64,000 bases of DNA, taken from contig NC_092349.1 of NCBI RefSeq assembly GCF_963676685.1, forward strand, positions 40,548,001-40,612,000, read 5' to 3'. Below are positions 13,644-23,900 of this stretch, one piece after another. The position numbers were made by a program, and so were the translations under genes. Source of the DNA: Mytilus edulis. Taxonomy: Eukaryota. The stretch's first letter is position 1. Each line of letters opens with the position of its first letter. A model generated the notes under the pieces. It was not told the origin of the DNA. It was given only the letters and a program-made list of their open reading frames with translations, and did no database searches.

Positions 13644-13685
13644 TAACCCTAACCCTAACCCTAACCCTAACCCTAACCCTAACCC
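13644..13685 (+). repeat. (TAACCC)7 telomeric repeat tract in left TIR
   Basis: Seven perfect TAACCC units read directly. Confidence 0.98.
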
Positions 13686-13732
13686 AAACAAAAATATCAT
13701 ACATTATAAATTATTATTATTATTAATAAAAC

Positions 13733-14089
13733 ATGGATGAGATAGAATCATGTGAAAATATAGCCAGACTTGATAACATATTCGATATAATATATGCAAA
13801 GTCAGTTTTTGACATTCTGAAGAAGGAAAATCAAGTGGAACACATAAGTGGAGGAAATGCATGGGATTTTTTTTATCAAGTAGAAACAGATAAAGTGTAC
13901 ACCGATTTTGTTAATTTAGTCAGACAATCAAATATTCCAGATAATGTGAGAGTCTACTATCAACTTACATTTTTACAATCAACAGATTGGAAAAATACTA
14001 TATTGAAAACACCGCACAGAGCATCTCGCATAATAGATAAAGTTGAAAAAATGATAGATTTGGAACCTATTTTTAACAATGGAAAATGA
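13733..14089 (+). CDS. Hypothetical 118-aa Polinton protein (TIR copy)
   Basis: Identical to 30225-30581(-) and overlaps the integrase start. Confidence 0.65.
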   Translation: MDEIESCENIARLDNIFDIIYAKSVFDILKKENQVEHISGGNAWDFFYQVETDKVYTDFVNLVRQSNIPDNVRVYYQLTFLQSTDWKNTILKTPHRASRIIDKVEKMIDLEPIFNNGK

Positions 14090-14810
14090 TGATTTAGATG
14101 AAAAACTTAGGAATGTATATTACAATACAGCAAATGGGGGAGCATACCTAAGTGCTGAAAAAATTTATCAAACGTTGAAGACATCAAGAGATGGAAATGT
14201 ACCAAGCGTATACAAGATCAGGAAATGGATGGAAAAAATAGACGACTACAATTTACAAAAACCTGTAAAACGTAGAATTAAAAGAGTGAAAATAATTGTA
14301 TCGGAACCGTATGAGCAATACGATGCTGACCTTATGGATGTATCCAACATACAGAAATATAACAATAAGACACGTTTCCTGTTGGTTGTTATCGATATTT
14401 TCACACGGTTTTTATGGATTTATCCATTAAAAAACAAGTTTGGGAAGACAGTAGCTGATGCATTTGAAAAAATCTTCAAACATGGTAAAATCCCTTTGAA
14501 GGTTTCCACAGATGCGGGAACTGAATTCAAAAACAAAGATTTGAAACGTGTGTTTAAAAAATATGACATTTACCATCATGTCTATTTAAATTCCGACAGT
14601 AGTAAAGCGTCAATAGCAGAGAGGGTCAATTTGACATTTCGGAGGATGATGTTCCGATATTTTACAAAGCATAGAACTTGTAGTATATATAAAACGTTGA
14701 AAGTGCTATTGATATCACAATTGTCATGGCTGATGATCATTTCTGCGAGGATTTATTGCGTCTTTATCCTGACAGTAACCCTCAATATCAACAGCAGTTG
14801 CGAGAGTTAA
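14079..14810 (+). pseudogene. Truncated duplicate of the integrase (N-terminal ~200 aa plus a spurious tail)
   Basis: Identical to the full integrase up to YFTKHRT, then reads out of frame into the polB 5' copy. Lacks the C-terminal SH3-like region and chromodomain. Confidence 0.85.
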
Positions 14811-15090
14811 ATGATCGATTGAGTGTTGATAATGACAACAGATCAAATCTTACGGTTAAGGTCTATTCATGTTATTATTGTAAACTTCTGTTTGATCACC
14901 CTTCCAAACTGAAGAGACACCAGAGAAACAGTTGTACATTTCCATGTCGACAATGTGATAGACATTTTGATTCAGCGGAAAATTTGTTTAAACATAGCAA
15001 CATCGATCATACAACTTATCAGACTGGTTCAGGAAACACTGATTCAAATTCACATACTACAATCAAACATAAAAGTGTGGATAAGTCTGC
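14680..15090 (+). repeat. Inverted duplicate of polB upstream region and first ~121 codons
   Basis: Reverse complement of 24408-24818. ORF 14726-15106 equals the pPolB N-terminus with two C2H2 fingers up to VDKSA. Confidence 0.92.
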
Positions 15091-16429
15091 AAAAAAAACT
15101 GTTTAAGTTAATATCTATCTCTGTATTTACTACTTTTTAATTTGTAGAATATATCCTCATCGCAATTTATGAAAGGCTTCAAGAAATTATAAATTATTTT
15201 TTTCCACCACGTGAAAATAACAGACGAGTAGCCCCAGCACAACAACAACCACCAAGAATATTGAGAAGATCAAACAGGATATCTATTCGGCCACAGAGAC
15301 TAACCTATGATTAATTTTCTAAACTTTTAAATTTTATGAAATTTTTTAAATTTTTTTTCTAAATTTTATATTTTTTTTATTTTTTTTTTTCTAAATTTTA
15401 TAATCTTTTTTCTAAATTTTATAAACTTATTTATACACTGTTATCTAAATTTTAATAATCACTGATGAGGATGTATTCTACAAATCTACTTATATTATGA
15501 AAAATTATATCACCAAAACTTTTCAATTTTCTTTCATTTGATTTATTTGGATTAGTTACACTTTATTTTAATTAAAGAAAAGATTTTGATTATACTCGCA
15601 TTTCTCTACTCTCATTTTATTATATTGTAAATAGTAGTATACATGTAGTTTGTTTTTATAAATTCACCTTAGTTTATATGTTTCATGCTCATTCAAACCA
15701 TAAATTTCATTATAAATCTATTCTTTTCATTAAATAATCTACTTTCTCTGGTATTAAAGTTCATTATTAATCTATTCCTTTCATTAAATTATTCTTTTTA
15801 GTTTTCCATTTACATATGTTTAGTTTTGTAATAGAAATAAATTAAATTAAAAAACAAATATGATTGGTATTATTGTATATATGTAAATAATATATATATG
15901 TATATAATGTTTGGAGAACTTTTTGTTTTTATGTTTACTTTATCATCATTTTCATCTTTGGAATTTTTTCATATGAGAATTTACAGCATCCAAATTTAAT
16001 TACAACATATTATCGCATATTTTATCATATTGTGTTTGCTTAAACTTTTTTTCTTTTGTTTTTATTACTTTTTATAGTGCTATATGATTAAGTTAAACCT
16101 AGAGATAAATATATAAAAATTCTTGATTTGTAACCGCTGTCATGGTGCTTTCTATAACATGTTTTATGTGAAAAAAAATGGTGCATTACAAATGATGTAA
16201 GTTTTTTATAACCAAATTTCATTTGATAGTTCTCTTGTTTATATTATTTACAATTGTTATATAAATAGTGCAGAAAACTTGATTTGTTTTGAAACTTACT
16301 ATGTTGTTTCATGGAATAAAGTATTTGTATTTGATATGTGTTAATAAATTAGACTTTTCTTAAACTTTTCCCACTGCATTGCTACCCCAATCAATGTGGA
16401 TGATTACCAGTTGACACCATTTGTATATC

Positions 16430-17290
16430 ATCTAGAAATTTGCAAACAAAAACTTTGCTTAATTAATTTTTATCTACTTTAAATTTATTAATTATAAAAG
16501 AAATATGGTTTAATTGCTGATGAGACAACTCTTCAAAGAGGTCAAACCACAAGCTTCAATCTCAAATCTTGTCAAGAAAATGAAATATTTACACAGGAAA
16601 AAAGAAGCTAGCTGAAAAAAAAGTCATGAACAAAACAAGATTCACCATTTACAATGATCCAAAGAAAAGAAAAGAGCATATCTAGAAATTTGCAAAACAA
16701 AAACTTTGCTTAAAACATTTTTATCAACTATTAATTATAAAAGATGGTAATCCACAAGCTTCAATCTCAAATCTTATCAAATGAAATATTTACACATGGG
16801 AAAAATTAGCTAGCTGCAAAAAAGTCATGAGCAAAACAATTAACTACGATCCAAAGAAAAGAAAAGAAAAAAGTAGCATGTAGGGGGAAAAATAGAGAGA
16901 GAGAGAAAAAGGAGATATGATCCACCATTGAAAATATGATCCAAAGAAAAGATGATCCAAAGAAAAGAAAAAAGTCGCTTATGTTCTAACGAAGGAAAAA
17001 ATAGAGAGAGAGAAAAAGGAGATAGGATTCACCATTGAAACTATGATCCAAAGAAAAGAAAAAAGGTGTTTTAACGATGAAAAAAATTAGAGCGAGAGAG
17101 AGAGAGAAAAAAAAAGGAGATAGTAATGAGATGTAAAAATAATCGTCAAAATCCAACTCGATTTACCATTGAAAATATGATCCAAAGAAAAGAAAAGAAA
17201 ATAGGTTTTGTTTTAATGAAGGAAAAATTATATATAGAGAGAAAAAATAGTAATGAGATGTAAAAAATAACCATCAAAATCCGGTTCGAA
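16430..17290. repeat. Purine-rich nested direct repeats inside the Polinton
   Basis: A ~250-bp duplication starting tctagaaatttgcaa (16431, 16681), plus about 6 copies of gatccaaagaaaag(aaaa) interspersed with (GA)n. Confidence 0.75.
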
Positions 17291-17663
17291 CAAATCTATA
17301 ATATATAATTGATCTTAAATAAAAACAATCAAAATTTATTGAGTAATGATCACTTTTCAAATTTGAAAGGTGATAAACACTTTATATTTAAACTGATGAA
17401 CTAAGATTTAATGTAAACAGAAGGTGTATTATCCAAATACTGCCGCAATATTGGAGATCAATCTGACATGAAAAATCGCGATCGGGACAGATCTACACTG
17501 AAATTACATATGAATTAATAAAATGGTGTAACATGGATAATGGAAGGTTGGCGAGCCTTTAGGAGTAAATAAGTGTTGGAAACTATTATTCATAATTTAA
17601 TGAAACGGAAGCTTTATTCCTTTATTAACGCGGTACACTCAATTCTATCATAAAGCGATAAAA

Positions 17664-18600
17664 ATGATGAACCAGGTTGAGTACATGAGGGGATTTGGTG
17701 GAGAAGTAGAGCGGGCTGAGTTGAATTTTGGAAGAAAGAAGAACATTGCGGTTACACCGTACAAGGGATATGTTTATATCCACATAGGCAGTTTAACAAG
17801 TAGCAGAAGCATAACTCTTGGGACTGATGAGTTTAAAGAGCTATGCAATCTGAAGCCAGTTCTTTTAAAAGCTGAGGCAGAAATAAAAAAACAGGTTAGT
17901 GATTTCTAATATTTAGCAGTAAATATTTACATGAACATATAGCTAAATTATTATCGTTCAGCAGCAAATAGTTGAGCGTGATATATATTTTATTCTCTAA
18001 GAAATAGGAGCGATCTACAAAATTATTTTAAAGTAAGATATTGCGAGTGTTTAATAAAAGCACCAGCTGCAGATGTTTCACCTTATATGTTTTTTCGTAA
18101 ATTTCACTACTGCTAGTAAGTACACATAATTTTCAAAGTTATTGAAAGCGAGTAAAAACTATATGATAAACGTTCTAATTATCCTTCAACAGCAAATAAT
18201 TGAACATAAATATATACTTTATAGGTTTAATATACAACAAACGTTTTAGTTAAAAGTAAGTTATTGATAGAGAGTATTTACAAGCGGCTTGCGTTCAGCT
18301 GCAGATATTTCACTTGTTTCTGGGTTGATTTCACCACTGTTAGTATTAATTTTCAAAGTTATTGATAGCAAGTAAAAAATGTTTTGATAAACGTTCAGTT
18401 GCAGATATTTCAACATTTTTGTTTCTAGGTAAATTTCTCAACCGCTAATAAATACGAATTTCTTTCCCACAGCAAACGTTGATTTATATGATTTCTTACA
18501 CGTTCAATTGTTTTTATTATATATTAATTTTTTTAGCTGCAAAAACCTAGCAGGAAAAAGAAGGTTATAGTTGTTGAAGAGGAAGAAGAAGAAGAAGAAG

Positions 18601-18632
<32 letters not shown>

Positions 18633-18778
18633 GAAGAAGAAGAAGTAAAAAAAGTTACTTTGAAAAGAAAGGTAAAACAACTTTTGTTTTTTTTTTTCTA
18701 TGTAAATCAAAATAAGTAGTTATAATTTTCAAGTTTATGAATTTAAAGTAATTATCCAATTAAATGTACCATAAAAAG

Positions 18779-18811
<33 letters not shown>

Positions 18812-19044
18812 AAACATTGAAATAACTTTAAAATTTTAAGATGATTTTCTATATTATGATATTCTTATTTTAGAGAAAGGTGATTGCTATCAGCGATAGC
18901 GATGAGGAGGCGGGAGTGTCAGAGTCGGACGTCAGAAAGGTGATTGTTGCAGCAGAATCTGGCCCGTTCAAGGGGCTAAAGAAGAAAAAGAAAACAGCTG
19001 GAGCTGGATTCATACTTTCTGAAGCAGTTGAAGATGGCGAGTGA
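17664..19044 (+). CDS. Predicted three-exon PC4/Sub1-like ssDNA-binding protein with acidic, SIM- and NLS-bearing tail (~178 aa)
   Basis: Exons 17664-17894, 18537-18671 and 18874-19044, with both introns GT-AG, phase 0 and pyrimidine-rich acceptors. Exon 1 (FGRKKNIAVTPYKGYVYIHI...SITLGTDEFKEL) resembles the PC4 fold. Confidence 0.7.
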
Positions 19045-19122
19045 AGATAACACCAGTAAGTGATCAAATTTTTATTCTGTTTCTAATATGTTCTTATATA
19101 CAATAGTTAGGATAGAAATCAT

Positions 19123-19620
19123 TTATAACTTAGCAACATTTTTCCAATCAAAGATTGATTTATCAATATGTGAAATACTCGCTTTAAGATAAAACCATTG
19201 CCTTTGATTTAAAGCGATCTCATTTCTAAGAGGATCATTTCTCAATAATACAAACAGTTCACTATTCAATATACATGTATTTACAAAAATATCTTCAGAT
19301 AAAGCAAAAGTGTCCATTTTATTACAAAATAAATCGTTTCCGCTACTGTTTCGTTTAACATCATCAGATATGAATGGAGGATCATTTTCACTGTTTAATG
19401 GCCCATTTATTAATATAACTGCTAGAGTTATCGAACAGAATAACAATCCGACAATTTTCATCTTTGCACCAAGCCAGTGCAGTTGTGGAAACTGGTCACT
19501 GATTTCAGCTGTATCCATATTGATAAAATTGTAATCATGCTCATCTGTCATTTTAAGTGAATATTCTTCCACATTTGCACTACTCAATTCATCCTTTTCA
19601 TTTATTTTAGAAATCTCCAT
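19123..19620 (-). CDS. Hypothetical protein with one TM helix and C-terminal PC4-like domain
   Basis: First ATG at 19620. Hydrophobic IVGLLFCSITLAVILI segment. The C-terminal EIALNQRQWFYLKASISHIDKSI resembles PC4 [23 protein letters not shown]. Confidence 0.6.
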   Translation of the reverse strand: MEISKINEKDELSSANVEEYSLKMTDEHDYNFINMDTAEISDQFPQLHWLGAKMKIVGLLFCSITLAVILINGPLNSENDPPFISDDVKRNSSGNDLFCNKMDTFALSEDIFVNTCILNSELFVLLRNDPLRNEIALNQRQWFYLKASISHIDKSIFDWKNVAKL

Positions 19621-19767
19621 TATGAAATCCAATTTCTTAATACAGGTGTCGCACTTTGTTCATTTGTTTTCATGCATGTATCTGTAGATTTATGATGTGA
19701 AAACTATTTTACTAGAGTTTATGTATCTTATTTATTTCTTTTAGCCAATCAGAACAGAAAAAGGACA

Positions 19768-20202
19768 ATGGGAGAAGAAGTAGAAAAAAAGACACTGAGT
19801 GAAAAACGAAAGCGGTCAGCTCCACCTTCATTAAGAACTTTATCTGTTGCATGTATTTATAATAAATTAACAACAAAATGTGATATTCAAATGAGAGATT
19901 TTTTTTGTAAAATTCCCTCACCAATTTTAATTATTTTTATGGATTATGCAGACTTTCAATTTGTTTTAAATCCTGGATTTGCCGAATTAGATGTGTTTAA
20001 TGCTGCCGAGGAAATTTTTGATCAAAGATATCAATTAAATAAAATGATAAGGGAATGCAGCCATTTCACATCTGAAGAGATATTCATTCATTTAAAGAAC
20101 GTCCCAGGGTCTGTTTTAAATTCACTCGGACTTTCGTTCAATAGGGAGAACTTTTCCGATATTTTAAGGAAAATATTAAACATGCGATTTTCACGTGTTT
20201 AA
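19768..20202 (+). CDS. Hypothetical 144-aa protein with basic NLS-like and BC-box-like motifs
   Basis: ATG-initiated ORF in an AT-rich region with motifs EKRKRS and PPSLRTLSVACI. Confidence 0.55.
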   Translation: MGEEVEKKTLSEKRKRSAPPSLRTLSVACIYNKLTTKCDIQMRDFFCKIPSPILIIFMDYADFQFVLNPGFAELDVFNAAEEIFDQRYQLNKMIRECSHFTSEEIFIHLKNVPGSVLNSLGLSFNRENFSDILRKILNMRFSRV

Positions 20203-20710
20203 TTTACCAAAGAATATGTCTCATATATTTTAATCTAAAATTTAAGAAATTTATTTGTAATATTTTCATCGTGTTTGAAGGTCTTTTTCCCCATTGCACA
20301 ATGTATTTCACTGGTGCGTTTGAAGGTGTAATTCCCCATTTTCATAATTGTGTTTAATTTACCAAAGAATATGTCTCTTATATTTTAATCTAAAATTTAT
20401 TTGTAATATTTTCATCGTGTTTGAAGGTGTTATTCCCCATTGTCCAATGTATTTCACTGGTGTGTTTGAAGGTGTTATTCCCCATTTGAAGGTGTTATTC
20501 CCCATTGACATAATGTTTGAAGGTGTTATTCCCCATTGTTCTAATGTTTGAAGGTGCTATTCCCCATTGTTCTAATGTTCGAAGGTGTTATTTCACATTG
20601 TCCTATGTTTGAAGGTGTTATTCCCCATTGTCCTATTGCCTTAATGTTTGAAGGTGTTATTCCCCATTGTCCTATTGTCATTATGTTTGAAGTTTGTTTG
20701 AAGGTCCATT
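20195..20710. repeat. Tandem/minisatellite array inside the Polinton
   Basis: About 10 copies of tttgaaggtgttattccccattg with short variable linkers, plus a ~150-bp duplication (~20195 and ~20350). Confidence 0.9.
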
Positions 20711-20968
20711 TGGGTTTTAAAGTTATGTATTTTCATTGGGGTTTTTAAGTTAAAGTCGCCATTTTACCATGCTACTCCCCATTGCCCTATGTATTTCACT
20801 TCCCCAGGTTGATAGCAAACGGATAAAACTTAAATATGTTGATATATTTTATTATAAAATCATATATTTATTTACATGAAATAAAATATTATATAATTAT
20901 TGTACAGTGTGTTTTCTTTTTCTTGAATTTATTACGGATATGGATTTTTTTTTCAATTTACAATTGTA

Positions 20969-23900
20969 TTAATGTTTTTCTTTTAATTTTCTATGAAAAT
21001 ATGCTAGCGAATGCACATTATCATCCAGCAAGTGTCTCTTGTCATCATATGGTGATAGTCCACTTTTCACAACCTTCACCATGTGAATCTGATGGTTGAA
21101 ACTTCTCAAAGTGTACATATGCGAGAGTAGTGGAGAACAATTGAACAAGGTGTTTTTATATTGTTCGAATCTAACATTTCGGGTTTTAATACCCTTTGCT
21201 ACTACAGTTTCCTTGTCGTCTGCGGTGATAAAACTATACATTTTTGCTCTTAGTCCGATATATTCCACCATTTGAATGGACTTGCATTCATCTTTGAATA
21301 AACCAATAATCGATTTCCTGTCTTTGGTGTAAAGAGGGTGATCAGCTGGATAATTTGAAAAGTCATATAGCTCACTGTTTAACGACATGTCTCTATATAT
21401 GTCATCAGTTCTCACATGCATAATGAAACTGTCAGTATCTGTGTAACATAATGTTACATTCTCCTTGTATAGTTTTTTCATGTGGTTGTAGTAGTAATCA
21501 ACCATGTGCGCCTTTGACAGATCGAGAATCATTTGTCCTAGGTAAATTGGTTTGTTGAAGAAAATTTTTGTTTTGGTTTGTAGCACGCCGCACAAGTGGT
21601 CGTTGAATATCTTAAAGCTTTTAAATGATGATTTTGCAGTAAGTTTTTGAAACTTATCCCACCTATGACAGAGAGAGAAGTTGATATGTTTCCGCAACGA
21701 TTCCATTGATTTACCGAAAATAGCATTGTTGCCATTTTTAAAAAGTTTTTGCTCGAAATTGCTAGTAGCCTTTTTCCTCATTTCGGTATTGAAGTCAATA
21801 TACTGTTTCAACCATGGACGCTGTTCAAATGAAACTATATTGTGAATCTTCTTCAAAACCAAACCTAGTTTGAGGTATAACTTTAGATTCACATAGTGCA
21901 AGATGTAATGCTTTTTATCTTTCAAAGTAGCTAGCAATTTGGTGCTCGGTTGGTATTCTTTCCCATCATCATTTGCTTGCTCATACAGATGACGTGAATG
22001 AGGTGAAAGCATTTCATTTGTTATCACTCCTTTTTCAACTGCAAGAGGAAAATCATTGTGAAGATCGTGTAAGTTATCTGGGTAATCCAAATCGCATTCA
22101 ATGACATATCCGATGTCAGCGTTATTGGATACATTTAAGACATTGAAATCGTTTATTTCCTCTTCTGACAACCACTGGAATTTCCCCACAGCCAATGGCA
22201 TGCTCATGCTTAAACCGTATAAATTGTTCGCATCTACATACATCAAGTATGAAGTTGGTAAAGCTGGATCATAATTGCTCAAGTAGGGATTGTTTGCTTT
22301 TGCATGTCTGCAGCTCACCATTGTTAAACCTCCTCGTATACTCTGCTCAAAGAAGAGCCACATTGTAGGATCTGTCAATAGCTCAAGTCTCACACCAGTC
22401 ATTTTCAATGCAGATTGCCAGGAAAGCCCTGGAAGAGTGTAATAATTTGCAGGGTCGAGGGAATAGTTCGTTATCCACTTCTTCCTGAAAGTTTCAAATA
22501 CATCAGCTAATAATAGAACGTCAGTTTTTAGATAAAGATCGTGATATTCGCCTATATTCTTAATATTCATTTGATTCCATACCCGTTGCGCATGTTCATA
22601 CTCGGTTTGACTAATTGTTTTCTCTGATAAATTGCTGTAGAATTTGTCTATAGAGGGTAATTCAGTTTCATTGAACCTTGCTGCATTGTCAATGTATTCG
22701 TAAGGATATGTTCCTTTTTTCAACAAAAGAGCAATCCGCTTATCATCATCAAATTCTTTTGTAAAATGTTTAAATGTTTCTTTCGGATTCTCCTTAGACA
22801 TTGACGATACCAATTCCTCTAGTGAACAATTCAAAAACTGGTATGAATCGATAAAGCGCAGATTGGATAGGTTGAAACTGATGTACTTTTCTGCATTCGT
22901 GGCTATGCAGCCAATTTCTTCACTCTTGAAAATACCTATCGAGGAACAGATTAAATGTGCATCAAACTGTTTCAGGTTATGAAATATAACTGGCACGAAT
23001 GTGTGTTCTTTAAAATTAAGATTGCAATCTCTGCATGAAGCGCCACGAAATTTACCTGAAACATGTGCATGGTCTCGAACGCGGATAGTGGAATCTGTAA
23101 ATTCTTCCATGCAAATGTGGCAATGTGTACTTGATTGAAAATCTTCCTCATCTTCAACAGTCATGCACAAGGGTTCAGGATTGTTCAAAATAGCCTTTAT
23201 ACGTTTATTTTCGTCAAGAAGACTATGAAGGAAGTGTTCACTAACATTTTCACCTCTATATATTTTAGGTGGTTGAGTGTATCTGTCATCGATGCAAACA
23301 ACTTGATAACCGTACCCGCATGGTATCAACTTTGTTAATTTCGTTGTGCTGGTTCGATTATCTTCTGGCTCTTCAGTAACCATAGGTTCGCAAAATGTTT
23401 CCATGTCAGCATAAATAACAAATGATGTTTGTAACTGTTTGGCGTGATCTTGAAATGTTAGTATATCGTCTACCCCCTTGGTGGGATATGTCACATGTTG
23501 AGCTTCAAATTTTGAGCAGTATTTTATATGTTTCTCTAAAGTATGTTCACTGGTGAAACCTGATAAACAGAATCTGCAATACTTATGACTGCGTCCCAAG
23601 CATTTTGTTCGATATAAAAGTCTATTGAGATCTGTAATCAAACACCAGTGACTTTTATTCCCACTTTTCAAATACAATAAGTCAACTTCATGATGAGCTT
23701 CTCTTAGACCTGTTACATGGAGGGGGAAAAATTCACCCTCTTCAAATCCTAACACCATTACTGAAATGTTATTCTGCCTTTCAAATTTACTCACAAATGA
23801 TGGTGCAACGGGCAATTGTATACCTTCCATGTTCAATTCATGTTCATATGGGATGTAGTGATGCACTTTAGAAGGGTCACCTGAACACGTAGGATGTATG

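Larger units (their letters stand above)
13251..14679 (+). repeat. Left terminal inverted repeat (~1.43 kb)
   Basis: Reverse complement of 29635-31062. The only difference I found is T11 vs A10 in one homopolymer. Confidence 0.95.

Noticed and set aside
13644-13685. A real chromosome end or telomere fusion
   Set aside because: There are only 7 units, mirrored within the TIRs of an element with a perfect TSD and continuous LINE flanks.
18504-18710. Poly-Phe membrane protein on the minus strand
   Set aside because: It is the antisense reading of the (GAA)n tract, which fits better as a poly-Glu exon on the plus strand.
20270-20710. CRISPR-like repeat/spacer array
   Set aside because: The linkers are very short, related to each other and not unique. 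There are no cas genes and the context is a eukaryotic virus-like element.
20348-20748. ORFs with FEGVIPHCP repeats
   Set aside because: They are by-products of the DNA tandem repeat, have no ATG start and appear in several frames.
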